From: Candidatus Binatia bacterium
GTDB lineage: Bacteria; Desulfobacterota; Binatia; Bin18
NCBI GenBank assembly: GCA_963664395.2
Contig: OY761159.2
Coordinates: 1,280,001-1,344,000, forward strand
Direction of reading: 5' to 3'
DNA length: 64,000 nucleotides
The notes below the pieces were generated by a model that saw nothing but the letters and a program-made list of their open reading frames with translations, was not told the DNA's origin and made no database searches. How positions within the stretch are numbered: position 1 is the stretch's first letter; every line of letters starts with the position of its first letter. This document shows, one piece after another, positions 19,394-28,852 of the stretch. A program made the position numbers and the translations under genes.

Positions 19394-20197
19394 ATGCCCA
19401 CGCTGCGCATCGATGAGTCCCTCGATCTGCACTACGAACTCGACGATTTTACCGACCCCTGGACCGCCTCGGAAACCATTCTGCTCGTACACGGCGTTGC
19501 CGATACGAGCCTAGCCTGGTTCGCCTGGGTGCCTCGTCTGGCACGCCAATTCCGGGTGCTGCGGCCAGACCTGAGGGGTTTTGGGCATTCTTCCGTTCCG
19601 CCCGCAGACTATGACTGGTCTCTGCCTGGCTTTGCCCAAGACCTCCGGGCTCTGCTCGATCAACTGGAGATTGCGACCGTTCACGTGGTAGGGCAGCGTG
19701 TAGGTGGAAGCGTCGCCATGCAATTTGCGCATGACTATCCCGGCTGTGTCACAAGCCTGACCGTCATTGGTGGGCCGGCGACGCTCTCCAAAAGCTCCCT
19801 CAACCCGGACGCCTGGCTCACCCAGGTCCAACAGGACGGGGTCGAAGCCTGGGCGCGTAGCACAATGGATCGTCGTTTGGGCAACGTGAGCCCAGCGATG
19901 AAGGAATGGTGGATTACCGCCATGGGCAAGGCATCACCCCAGGTGATGGCCGGCATCTTTCGCTATGTCAGGAATATGGACATCACCGCATTGCTCCCCC
20001 AGATTCAGGCTCCAACCCTGGTGATCACCAGCGACCGGAGTGCGCTGGCTTCGGTCGAAACCGTGCGTGACTGGCAGACGCGTATTCCGAACTCTCAGCT
20101 TTTGGTTTTACCCAGTGCGGCCTATCATCTGGCGGCGGCTCTGCCGGAAGAATGTGCCGAGGCAACACTCAAATTTATTGCGGGTCTGGCTGATTGA
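19394..20197 (+). CDS. Alpha/beta-fold hydrolase with atypical nucleophile elbow
   Basis: LVHG, PDLRGFG, GQRVGG, PTLVI, AYHL. Confidence 0.85.
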   Translation: MPTLRIDESLDLHYELDDFTDPWTASETILLVHGVADTSLAWFAWVPRLARQFRVLRPDLRGFGHSSVPPADYDWSLPGFAQDLRALLDQLEIATVHVVGQRVGGSVAMQFAHDYPGCVTSLTVIGGPATLSKSSLNPDAWLTQVQQDGVEAWARSTMDRRLGNVSPAMKEWWITAMGKASPQVMAGIFRYVRNMDITALLPQIQAPTLVITSDRSALASVETVRDWQTRIPNSQLLVLPSAAYHLAAALPEECAEATLKFIAGLAD

Positions 20198-20295
20198 ACG
20201 CTTTTCCCCACCTGTGCTGACAGGCAACCGTCTGCGACATATTCTCCAGCGATACAGGCAGGGCGGCCAGGGCAACGCCCTGGCCTCTCTCAGTG

Positions 20296-20604
20296 CTACT
20301 GCAGGGGCGAGAAGCTGGCCGGGGTCAGGATTTTGTTGTACTGGCTGACAATCATGCCTTGGGCCTTAGGACGAAACACCTGCATCTGAGGGTCTTCCGC
20401 CTGGGCTGCACGGGCTTGCGCCCGGTGATTCATATCCTCATAGGCCCAAATGTGGACGACCTCGTTTAACGGACCGACCTCGGTTGACCACCAGCCGACC
20501 AGTTTGGAGTATTTGCTGATGACTGGCAGTCCTTCTTCTATGAGCGCCTGAAACTCCGGCACCTTACCCGGTTGTAGCGTATATACACGCATCTCATACA
20601 CCAT
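20296..20604 (-). CDS. NIPSNAP family protein
   Basis: YEMRVYTLQPG, EVGPLNEVVHIWAY, FSPLQ. Confidence 0.9.
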   Translation of the reverse strand: MVYEMRVYTLQPGKVPEFQALIEEGLPVISKYSKLVGWWSTEVGPLNEVVHIWAYEDMNHRAQARAAQAEDPQMQVFRPKAQGMIVSQYNKILTPASFSPLQ

Positions 20605-20723
20605 AGTGTGATCCTCCCTGTTTTTAAGATTTTCAACTCCCAACACAGGTCTTTAGTGCCTTTCGGATAGTAGTGTCAAAGTCCGCATTCATTGAAGTGG
20701 GAACGCAGAGACCTGAAAGGGTC

Positions 20724-21653
20724 TTACCCAAACTCCGGCGCGACCTTGGTAGCAAACAGCTCGATGTCTTCGAGGAGTTGGTCTTGTGGTTCGAGACCGT
20801 TGTAAGCGACCAGGGAGAAATACTCGAACGGAATCTCCTCATAGACCTCGGCCACCTGGCGTTTGACGTCATCGACTGTGCCCGCCACGATCAGCCCCGT
20901 GTTGAGCACCCGCTCAAGCATGGACCCACTGCCTTCGCTGAGTAAAACCGGGAAGAAGTGCGAGGCAAACTCCGAGAAAAACGGCACGATACATTTTTCC
21001 ACTTCTTCGTAGGCTGCTTCTCGCGTCTTACTGACATACAAGAAGCGCAACAATCCCTGCCCCTGTCCTGGGCTGAGGGTGCGACCTAGCTGGGCCGCGC
21101 CTTCCCGGTAGGCGACATCCTGGATACGTGCCCCGGCCATGGGCGCAAAATAACAACAGGTGAATCCTTGCTCACCCGACCAGCGCGCCGAGTCCGCACT
21201 GCCCGATGAACTGATAAAGACGGGTGGATGCGGCCGTTGGTAGGGCGCCGGCACCACGCTGATCTGGCGTACCCGATTCTGCTCGTCTATTTCTCCGGGC
21301 GCGCCATACTCCTGAGCACACGGATAGGCCGGATAGTCTTCGATGCCTTCGTGCGGGAACGGCACTTTGAAGAAATCGCCGTTATACGAAAAGCTCGGTT
21401 CGGTCCAGGCTTTTTTGACAATGGTGACCATCTCACGAAAGATCTCCTGGTTCACATCATCCGCGGTGGCTTGTTGCGCAGACTCGCGGTTCGACAAGGT
21501 TGGTAAGGTTTTGTACTGCTGCCCCAGCGTTCTGACCCAACGCGCCTGATAGCCGCGGGCAAAGCCGACAAAGAACCGACCCTTGAGAATATGATCCAGC
21601 ACCGCGGTCTCTTCCGCCACGCGCAACGGATTTTGCGTGCCCATTTGAATCAT
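20724..21653 (-). pseudogene. LLM-class oxidoreductase, apparently 5'-truncated
   Basis: Begins at NPLRVAEETAVLDH..GR..GFARGYQ, which is normally internal; no N-terminal EHHF segment; PAPYQRPHPP. Confidence 0.7.
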
Positions 21654-21789
21654 TGTTTTCGTTACTAAGCTCTTCTGATTGGCTCTCCTGCCTTATCCGC
21701 CGGTGTCCTCTCTCGTCAAGCGTCCGAGCGTCGCACGACTTGCACTCTCACCCAGGCTTCGACTACGCTCCGAGCCGGAGGGCCAAGGT

Positions 21790-22926
21790 ATGGGGCTTCA
21801 GGAACTGTGTGACACCGTCTGCATTGTTGGTGTGGGTGATACCAAACAAGGCGCAGTCCCGGACAAGACTGGCGACGAGTTAGCCATAGAAGCGGCTCGG
21901 GCCGCGTTAGAGGATTGCGGTCTGAAAAAAGACGATATTGACGGCTTATTTGTTCAGCCCAGCTACGGCAGGCAGGGCGATTATCTCAAAGTTGGGCTGA
22001 TGCTCGGCTTGAATCCAAAGGTCGGCGGCGCGGTCGAGGCATCAGGGGCAACCGGCTGTTATATGATTCAGCATGCCGCCCTGCTGCTCAACGCCGGCAT
22101 GGCTCAGTACATCCTGCTGGTGTACGGCACGAACCAGAAGACGAATCGGAATAGATTCGGTGGGGCCCTGCTCGAAGAACACGCTCCCTACGGCGCCTTT
22201 AATCCATCCGGACCGTTTGCGTTTGCCTTTCGGCGTCACATGCATTTGTACGGGACAACCGAAGAGCAGCTGGCCACGATTGCGATTAATCAGCGCACGC
22301 ATGCCAGGCTGAATCCCAAAGCCGTCCAGCAAACACCGCTCACGCTCGACGATTATATGAGTGCCCGTTACATTGTGGAGCCCCTCAGATTATTTGACTA
22401 TTGCTATATCACCGACGGCGGGCACGCCTTTATCCTGACAACGGCGGACCGCGCTGCAGATCTGAAAAAGCCACCAGTCTATATCCGGGGGATGGGTCGC
22501 CAGGAGGCTTTTCGCGCGTATGAAACGCCCGACCTGGTGATGCAGAGTTTTCAGCAGGAAGCGGTCGCCAAGATGGTCTTTGATATGGCTGGCTGCACGC
22601 CACAGGACATGCAAGCATTATATGTCCAGGATGCGTACAGCCCGGCCGTGATCGCAGCCTTGGAAAATTACGGCTTTTGTCCGCGGGGTGAATCCGGCCG
22701 CTGGATTCAAGACGGGCGGATCGCTCTGGGCGGCGAACTGCCGCTGAACGTCAACGGTGGGCAATTGTCTGAAACCTATATGGTCGGCTGGCAAAACACC
22801 TGTGATGCCGTTCGGCAGTTGCGAGGCGCATGTGGCGAGCGACAGATCAAGGATGTGGAACGCCTCATGTGTACGTACACCGGCGGCTTGCGCGAGCATG
22901 CCGGCGCATTGATTTTGCGGAACTAA
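21790..22926 (+). CDS. Thiolase-like protein (Ltp2/SCP-x type)
   Basis: IVGVG, HARLNPKA, PLRLFDYC..TDGG, NVNGGQLSE. Confidence 0.85.
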   Translation: MGLQELCDTVCIVGVGDTKQGAVPDKTGDELAIEAARAALEDCGLKKDDIDGLFVQPSYGRQGDYLKVGLMLGLNPKVGGAVEASGATGCYMIQHAALLLNAGMAQYILLVYGTNQKTNRNRFGGALLEEHAPYGAFNPSGPFAFAFRRHMHLYGTTEEQLATIAINQRTHARLNPKAVQQTPLTLDDYMSARYIVEPLRLFDYCYITDGGHAFILTTADRAADLKKPPVYIRGMGRQEAFRAYETPDLVMQSFQQEAVAKMVFDMAGCTPQDMQALYVQDAYSPAVIAALENYGFCPRGESGRWIQDGRIALGGELPLNVNGGQLSETYMVGWQNTCDAVRQLRGACGERQIKDVERLMCTYTGGLREHAGALILRN

Positions 22927-22941
22927 ACCGGAGAAAGACCC

Positions 22942-23364
22942 ATGCCCGACTACAACAAACCCCTGCCCGTGATCGAAAAATGGAACGAACCGTATTGGCA
23001 AGCCGCCAAACGTCATGAATTTCTTGCCCAACACTGCACAGCCTGCGGCTATATCCACCTGCCACCCGGACCGGCCTGCACGAACTGCCTCAGCCCGGAC
23101 CAGGACTGGGTTCAACTCAGCGGCAAGGGCACAATTTATTCGTATGGCATTTACCACCAGCAATGGCACCCCGGCTTTGCCGACGCCATCCCCTACAACG
23201 TCGCGCTTATCGATCTGGATGAGGGGCTCCAGATTATGAGCCAGGTCGTTGAGTGTGAGAATGATGCCCTTGGCTGTGGTCTGCCGGTTGAAGTCACCTT
23301 TGATGATGTGACTCCAGAAATTACGTTACCAAAATTCCGTCTCGTAGGGACGAAGCAAGCCTAG
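22942..23364 (+). CDS. DUF35 Zn-ribbon/OB-fold protein (ChsH2-like)
   Basis: CTACG..PP.PACTNC; GKGTIYS; PYNVALIDLDEG. Confidence 0.9.
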   Translation: MPDYNKPLPVIEKWNEPYWQAAKRHEFLAQHCTACGYIHLPPGPACTNCLSPDQDWVQLSGKGTIYSYGIYHQQWHPGFADAIPYNVALIDLDEGLQIMSQVVECENDALGCGLPVEVTFDDVTPEITLPKFRLVGTKQA

Positions 23365-23388
23365 GCGTTTGCCAAAAGGAGGAATCAG

Positions 23389-24285
23389 ATGCGCATAGGA
23401 TTTATTGGACTCGGCAATATGGGCGGCCCGATGGCCTCGCATATCATCGCGGCCGGACACGAGGTGACCGTCCACGACCTGCGTCAAGAAGCGGCGCAGT
23501 CCCAGCTTGAACACGGCGCCACGTGGGCCGACAGTCCCCAGGCCGTTGCGGCGGCGAGTGAGATGACCTTCACCTCGCTGCCCGGCCCAACCGAGGTTGA
23601 AGCGGTCGCTTTAGGTGAAGCAGGAATCCTGCGCGGGTCGTACCCCAACTCCGTCTATATCGATCTCTCGACCAGCTCGCCGACACTCATTCGAGAGATT
23701 CACGCCACCTGCCAAGAGCAAAACGTCCATGTCCTTGATGCCCCTGTCAGTGGCGGACCGGTCGGAGCCCAAGCCGCCACGCTGGCGGTCATGGTCGGCG
23801 GTGACCAAGCCATCTATGAGCGAGTCAAACCGGTCCTCGACGCGATTGGCAACAAGGTTTCCTACGTCGGCGGGATTGGCTGTGGTCTGATTGCCAAGAT
23901 TGTCCATAATATGGTCAGCAACGGGTTTCGCGCCCTCCTGGCGGAGGGACTGACCGTCGGCGTGAAGGCCGGGGTTGAACCCGAGGCTCTCCGCCGCGCC
24001 ATTGCAGACGGCGCTATGGGCCAGGGACTCACCCTGAACCACACCCTGCCGCAACGCATATTCAAAGGCGATTTCGATACCGTCCGCTTCGCTTTACGTC
24101 TCGCCCGCAAGGATGTCGGGCTGGCAACAAGCTTGGGGCGGGAGTTTGACGTGCCAATGAAAATGGCCAACCTGTTGGAGCAGGAATTCATCGAGGCCCT
24201 GGCCCGCGGCTGGGGCGAGCGCGACTCGACCTCAGTGTTTCTATTGCAAGAGGAGCGGGCCGGCGTGAAAGTCCGCTCTTCATAA
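23389..24285 (+). CDS. 3-hydroxyisobutyrate dehydrogenase-family NAD(P) oxidoreductase
   Basis: FIGLGNMG, DAPVSGG, KIVHN, KDVGLA. Confidence 0.9.
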   Translation: MRIGFIGLGNMGGPMASHIIAAGHEVTVHDLRQEAAQSQLEHGATWADSPQAVAAASEMTFTSLPGPTEVEAVALGEAGILRGSYPNSVYIDLSTSSPTLIREIHATCQEQNVHVLDAPVSGGPVGAQAATLAVMVGGDQAIYERVKPVLDAIGNKVSYVGGIGCGLIAKIVHNMVSNGFRALLAEGLTVGVKAGVEPEALRRAIADGAMGQGLTLNHTLPQRIFKGDFDTVRFALRLARKDVGLATSLGREFDVPMKMANLLEQEFIEALARGWGERDSTSVFLLQEERAGVKVRSS

Positions 24286-24999
24286 CACTGGCTCCGCCCC
24301 TATGGCGTCCAGACCAGCTTGGGCGCAGTCGATGTCCTCAGCCTCAGTGCCGCCACTCGCCCCAACACCGCCGAGCAACCTGCCCTCAACAATAATCGGC
24401 AGTCCTCCGCCGGCGAGGAGCATGGGTTCATCAATCAACTGGGTCAGACTCTGAAATAAGTCCGGGCGTTGCTCGGCCAGCTCTTCCACCGCTGCCGAAG
24501 GGCGCCGGAACGTTGCCGCAGTAAAGGCTTTTGCCTGGGCGACCCGGGTCGTCATCCAGCGGGCCCCGTCCATACGGATCAGCGCTACCTGGCGCCCGGT
24601 CGCATCGACGACGGCAAAGCTCATGGCCCAGCCTTGTTTTATCGCTTCTGCCTTGGCCGCTTCAAGAAACTGCTCGGCCAAGGCTAACGTCAAGGTTGTC
24701 GGTCGTTCTGCGTGTCCGGCGGGTTTCGCCGTTTGTTCAGATGATTCCACCGCCTCCACCGCCTCCACCGCCTCCACCGCCTCCACCGCCTCCACCGCCT
24801 CCACCGCCTCCACCGCCTCCACCGCCTCCACCGCCTCTTGGCCAGACGGCTGCGCTGGGCGCGGCTCCGGCTTGGCATCTTCAGCCGCCTCTGGTACGAC
24901 TCCTTGTCCTTGCTCCTGTGCCTGCACCCAAAGGGACGTCAGACCCATGCTCAAGACCAGACCCAGGACAACACCAACACCTCGTATTTCTTTACCCAT
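24280..24999 (-). CDS. Exported GlcG/HbpS-family protein with acidic (EAV)10 linker
   Basis: Signal peptide ending VQA; C-terminal domain closely similar to 9486-9896. Confidence 0.85.
   Translation of the reverse strand: MGKEIRGVGVVLGLVLSMGLTSLWVQAQEQGQGVVPEAAEDAKPEPRPAQPSGQEAVEAVEAVEAVEAVEAVEAVEAVEAVEAVESSEQTAKPAGHAERPTTLTLALAEQFLEAAKAEAIKQGWAMSFAVVDATGRQVALIRMDGARWMTTRVAQAKAFTAATFRRPSAAVEELAEQRPDLFQSLTQLIDEPMLLAGGGLPIIVEGRLLGGVGASGGTEAEDIDCAQAGLDAIGAEPVL
24748..24837. repeat. Perfect 9-bp VNTR x10 (CACCGCCTC; encodes EAV on minus strand)
   Basis: 90 bp, counted directly. Confidence 0.95.
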
Positions 25000-25151
25000 C
25001 TCCCTCTCCCTTCCACATGGCGTCGTAGCATCGGACAGATCTATGATAGCAAATAGAATCGGCAAACAGAAGCTCACAGGAGCATTTCTTGTCACCGAGC
25101 GTAAGGCTTGCTATGGCAAATGCTCCAGAAATCTTTTCGGAGGAATACACT

Positions 25152-25562
25152 ATGACACCAGATGAGTTGACTCGTGAAAAAGCAGCTATTGCCGAGCTTA
25201 TTGCACGCTACAACTTTGCCATCGACCACAATGACTTTCAGGGCTGGGCCGACTGCTTTACCCCGGATGGTATTTTTAACGGTGTGATTGGTCGGTTTGC
25301 CGCCCACCGCGACCTCGACCGATTTATCGCTGAGGTCAAACGCCTGACGGCCGACACGCCCAACCTCCGCCATCACATCTCCAACATCCTCACCGAGGTT
25401 GACGGAGAGACCGCCCACTCCCGTTGCTTCCTCATGATGACATCGACAACGCAAGAGCACGGAACGAAAATCGCGATTGCAGGAGAATACGAAGACCGTC
25501 TGGTCAAACACGAGGGGCAGTGGCGATTTGCCGAGAGAACAGTCTCCGCGGACGGCGCCTGA
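25152..25562 (+). CDS. NTF2/SnoaL-like protein
   Basis: AIAELIARY, CFTPDG, RHHISN, GEYEDRLVKHEGQWRF. Confidence 0.9.
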   Translation: MTPDELTREKAAIAELIARYNFAIDHNDFQGWADCFTPDGIFNGVIGRFAAHRDLDRFIAEVKRLTADTPNLRHHISNILTEVDGETAHSRCFLMMTSTTQEHGTKIAIAGEYEDRLVKHEGQWRFAERTVSADGA

Positions 25563-25668
25563 TGCCTCATTCGACCGTTTGACTTTCGTAATCGGACAGT
25601 TCCATGTTCTCAAAATTCACAGCGGAGTGGGCAGGTCCGCTTTTGATACCATCCTCGCGTTTCTTTTA

Positions 25669-25761
25669 AAGGAATATATCGCCGAACACTTCGCCCCAGC
25701 GCCGGAAGATGTGATAGCAAAAGTCGGCGGCGGGAATGCGGCCGAACTGTACGGTATTCAA
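25669..25761 (+). pseudogene. C-terminal remnant of an amidohydrolase_2-type gene
   Basis: EYIAEHFAPAPEDVIAKVGGGNAAELYGI, typical of the GGNA..LY terminus. Confidence 0.5.
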
Positions 25762-25798
25762 GCGGTATTCAATAGGAAAAAGAATAGGCAACGCCGTG

Positions 25799-25855
25799 TT
25801 GACATCAATAGTCGGCCTATGGCATGGTTCGGTACACAGACTGAGTGAACGTTCA
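25799..25855 (+). promoter_or_regulatory. Candidate sigma70 promoter with downstream palindrome
   Basis: TTGACA (25799), TG-n-CATGGT at 18-bp spacing, palindrome TGAACGTTCA (25846-25855). Confidence 0.35.
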
Positions 25856-25884
25856 ATTTTTTCGATCAATTAGGGAGGGCACAT

Positions 25885-27609
25885 ATGGCTGAATATGACG
25901 TACTTATCCAAGGTGGTACCGTCGTCGATGGTTCCCGCACCCCACGCTTTATGGGTGACGTTGGGATCAAAGATGGCAAGATTGCGAAGATCGAACCGAA
26001 TGGCAAGCTCAATCCGAGCGATGCCAAAAAAACGCTGGACGCGAACGGGTTGGTCGTCGCGCCGGGCTTTATCGATCTACACACCCACTACGATGCCCAG
26101 ATTAACTGGGACCCCTACGTCACGCTGTCTGGCTGGCACGGGGTAACCTCGATTGTGCTCGGCAACTGTGGGTTTGGTTTCGCTCCGATGAAACCCGAGA
26201 TGCGCGAGCGAGCCATGCTGACCATGTCACGTGTCGAAGCTATTCCGTACGAGTCCATGAAAGCCGGCATAAAGTGGGACTGGGTCACGTTCCCAGAGTG
26301 GATGGACTTCCTTGACCAAACTCCCAAAGGGGTAAACGTCCTGAGCTTTGTTCCCATTGCACCGATTATGATCTGGACCATGGGGCTCGAAGCGGCCAAG
26401 AGTCGTCCGGCTACAGACAAAGAAAAACAAACCATGTGCCAGATTCTGAGTGAATCCCTGGACGCCGGTGGTTGTGGATTCTCGGCTCAGCGTCTGGGTG
26501 ATGGCTTTGTGTCTGTCCAGCGCGACTACGACGGCACCCCGATGGTGACGGACACCATGGCGGACGAAGACATGCTCGCCTTTGGGCGGGTGTTGAAGGA
26601 ACGGGGAGAAGGTTTCATCCAGCTCACCCAATCCAGCCCCGATTTTGAAGCTGATATGAGATTCTACGACCGTCTGGCCGATGACTGCGGTCGACCGATT
26701 CTGTTTAATGCCACGGCCACGCGTGACGACCGACCGAGTATCCATCGCCGTATCCTGCGTTGGATGGAAAAGACCAACAAAGCCGGGCGCAAGATCTACA
26801 ACCAGACTGCGGTCATGCGCCAGGGGTTGTACTTCAGTTTTGCCGATATGTCAGGATTGTTCGACGGGAATGATGTCCTGCGTGAAGTGACCATGGGCAC
26901 GCCAGCCGAACGGCTTGAAAAGCTCAAAAACCCCGCCATTCGCCAGGCTTTGGTCGCAGAATATGATACCGGACATACGCCGGTCGTGACCGGATCGCTC
27001 AAAGACTTCACGGTTGAAACCGTGAAGAGCGAGAAGTTCGAAAAGTTCATTGGCAAGACGGTCGAAGAAGTCGCCAAGATGGAGAACAAGCATGTCATAG
27101 ACGCGATGTTCGATATTGCGGTTGAGGAGAATCTGGAAACCGAATTCTATACCCCCGCTCGCAACGTCCGTGAGGACTATGTGTCCGAGCTGATGTCTTC
27201 CCCGTACAGTATGGCTGGGGTGTCAGACGGTGGTGCGCATACCAAGTTCATTACCCTTGGTGCCTACCCGACTGATATGTTGAGCTGGATGGTGCGCGAC
27301 GCTGGCTTTATGAGCCTCGAAGAAGCCCACTATCGCCTGAGCGCTATGCCGGCCCAGTGCGCCGGCTTCCAAGATCGTGGCGTCCTGAGCGAAGGTGCAC
27401 GGGCAGATGTGGTCGTCTACGATCTTGAGAACTTGAAGCTCACCCCGGAGAAGCCAAAGGTCGTTCACGACTTTCCAGGGGGCGAGTGGCGGCGCGTCCA
27501 GTACGCCGAAGGCTATCGCTGGATTATGGTGAATGGCGACGTCACCTTTGAGGACGGCAACTGCACCGGCGCGACCCCGGGCCACCTGCTGCGCCACGGC
27601 AGAGACTAA
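25885..27609 (+). CDS. N-acyl-D-amino-acid deacylase-like amidohydrolase (paralog 2)
   Basis: PGFIDLHTHYDAQ, GNCGFG, SVQRDYDGTPM shared with paralog 1. Confidence 0.9.
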   Translation: MAEYDVLIQGGTVVDGSRTPRFMGDVGIKDGKIAKIEPNGKLNPSDAKKTLDANGLVVAPGFIDLHTHYDAQINWDPYVTLSGWHGVTSIVLGNCGFGFAPMKPEMRERAMLTMSRVEAIPYESMKAGIKWDWVTFPEWMDFLDQTPKGVNVLSFVPIAPIMIWTMGLEAAKSRPATDKEKQTMCQILSESLDAGGCGFSAQRLGDGFVSVQRDYDGTPMVTDTMADEDMLAFGRVLKERGEGFIQLTQSSPDFEADMRFYDRLADDCGRPILFNATATRDDRPSIHRRILRWMEKTNKAGRKIYNQTAVMRQGLYFSFADMSGLFDGNDVLREVTMGTPAERLEKLKNPAIRQALVAEYDTGHTPVVTGSLKDFTVETVKSEKFEKFIGKTVEEVAKMENKHVIDAMFDIAVEENLETEFYTPARNVREDYVSELMSSPYSMAGVSDGGAHTKFITLGAYPTDMLSWMVRDAGFMSLEEAHYRLSAMPAQCAGFQDRGVLSEGARADVVVYDLENLKLTPEKPKVVHDFPGGEWRRVQYAEGYRWIMVNGDVTFEDGNCTGATPGHLLRHGRD

Positions 27610-27636
27610 GCCTCACCTACCAATAACGCACTAACC

Positions 27637-27670
27637 AAAAAGGGGCAGGATTTTTCCTGCCCCTTTTTTT
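27637..27670. terminator. Bidirectional Rho-independent terminator
   Basis: AAAAAGGGGCAGGA-TTTT-TCCTGCCCCTTTTTTT between convergent genes. Confidence 0.9.
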
Positions 27671-27692
27671 ATTTCGACTTTCCAAAACCCTA

Positions 27693-28829
27693 CTAATCCT
27701 GCGCTTGAGAAGGCCGTGGAAACCCCTGAATAGCAACAACCGTCCTATCCGCGTCCTGCCAACGCGGATGAGCAAAACCCAGATTCGCCACATAGAGTAT
27801 GCCCGCGCGGATCACCAGGCTGGCATTGCCGTCCAGCGGTGCGGAGTGCTTATTCGCGACGACCACCCGCCGACTGCCGTCAGGCGACAGGCCAATAATT
27901 TCGTTCCGAAAAATCTCTGAAATGTAAATATTGCCCTCCTCATCCAGGGCAATACCGTCGAGAAGGCTATGTCCACGGGATACGACAACCGGCTCTCCAG
28001 CACTGCCATCCGGCTGAATGGGAATCCGGAGGACGAGCGGGTCGCCACTTGTGGCCGCGTAAACATTCCGCTGCCCTGCGTCAAGGACAAGGACATTCAC
28101 CCCAAGCGGGAAGCCGGAATACGGCGCTGCCGACCAGTGGAGAAGCGGATGTTCCGACCACAATGTGACCGTACCGTCCAGCCTAATTTTCCAAATCCCG
28201 GCATACGTCAAATCAGCCAGGTAGATGTTCCCCACGTCATCAATGTCAACATCATCGGGAAAGCAAAATGGCCAACCGTCTCCGCGGGTGGCCACGGGCG
28301 TGACTTCGCGCGTCTCGGCATCAATCCGATAGACCCCACTCGTCACATCGGTCGCATCCCGGCAGGCAGGGTGGCGCGGGTCGCCGACACGGTCGTACTT
28401 GGAGCGAGCTTTGTACGCCACGTATAAGTTGTCATCTTTGTCTGAGGCAATACCGAGGACGTGCCCCTTCCCACTGTCCGCTTCAGCGGGAACCCAGGCA
28501 ATGTGGACGTATTGCCCGTCCTCTTTGAGTTGCACGATCTCACCGGTATGGAACAGCGAGGCATAGAGATTCCCTTGGGTATCCACCCCGATTCCCTCCG
28601 GGGTATCGGGCAACTGCGTATACACCCTGGCATTAAAGGCTTCAGTAGACGCTTCCGCCACGGCTTGCGGCACGCCGTCCTCTACCGCTTGGATTTCCTG
28701 GATTTCCTGGATTTCCTGGATTTCTTGCGCCCCTAAGTCTACCGCTTGGATTTCTTGCGCCCGCACGTCGTGAGCTACAATCCCAACTCCCAGCAGCAGT
28801 ATGCTCAGCATGTCCAGTGTTTTTTGCAT
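27693..28829 (-). CDS. Secreted SMP-30/gluconolactonase-like beta-propeller protein
   Basis: Signal peptide; PEGIGVD, FPDDVDID, LDGIALDEEGN. Confidence 0.85.
   Translation of the reverse strand: MQKTLDMLSILLLGVGIVAHDVRAQEIQAVDLGAQEIQEIQEIQEIQAVEDGVPQAVAEASTEAFNARVYTQLPDTPEGIGVDTQGNLYASLFHTGEIVQLKEDGQYVHIAWVPAEADSGKGHVLGIASDKDDNLYVAYKARSKYDRVGDPRHPACRDATDVTSGVYRIDAETREVTPVATRGDGWPFCFPDDVDIDDVGNIYLADLTYAGIWKIRLDGTVTLWSEHPLLHWSAAPYSGFPLGVNVLVLDAGQRNVYAATSGDPLVLRIPIQPDGSAGEPVVVSRGHSLLDGIALDEEGNIYISEIFRNEIIGLSPDGSRRVVVANKHSAPLDGNASLVIRAGILYVANLGFAHPRWQDADRTVVAIQGFPRPSQAQD
28681..28762. repeat. (QEI)x4 9-bp repeat within a duplicated AQEIQAV unit
   Basis: GGATTTCCT repeats; TCTACCGCTTGGATTTC occurs twice. 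Confidence 0.85.
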
Positions 28830-28852
28830 TGTGGTGCGTCGCCTCTCAATCG

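Noticed and set aside
21757-21775. CTTCGACTACGCTC half of a REP-like motif
   Set aside because: Single degenerate half with no partner arm
24531-25028. Poly-proline ORF (and the RRW-repeat ORF at 24690)
   Set aside because: Alternative frames of the 9-bp VNTR in the GlcG gene
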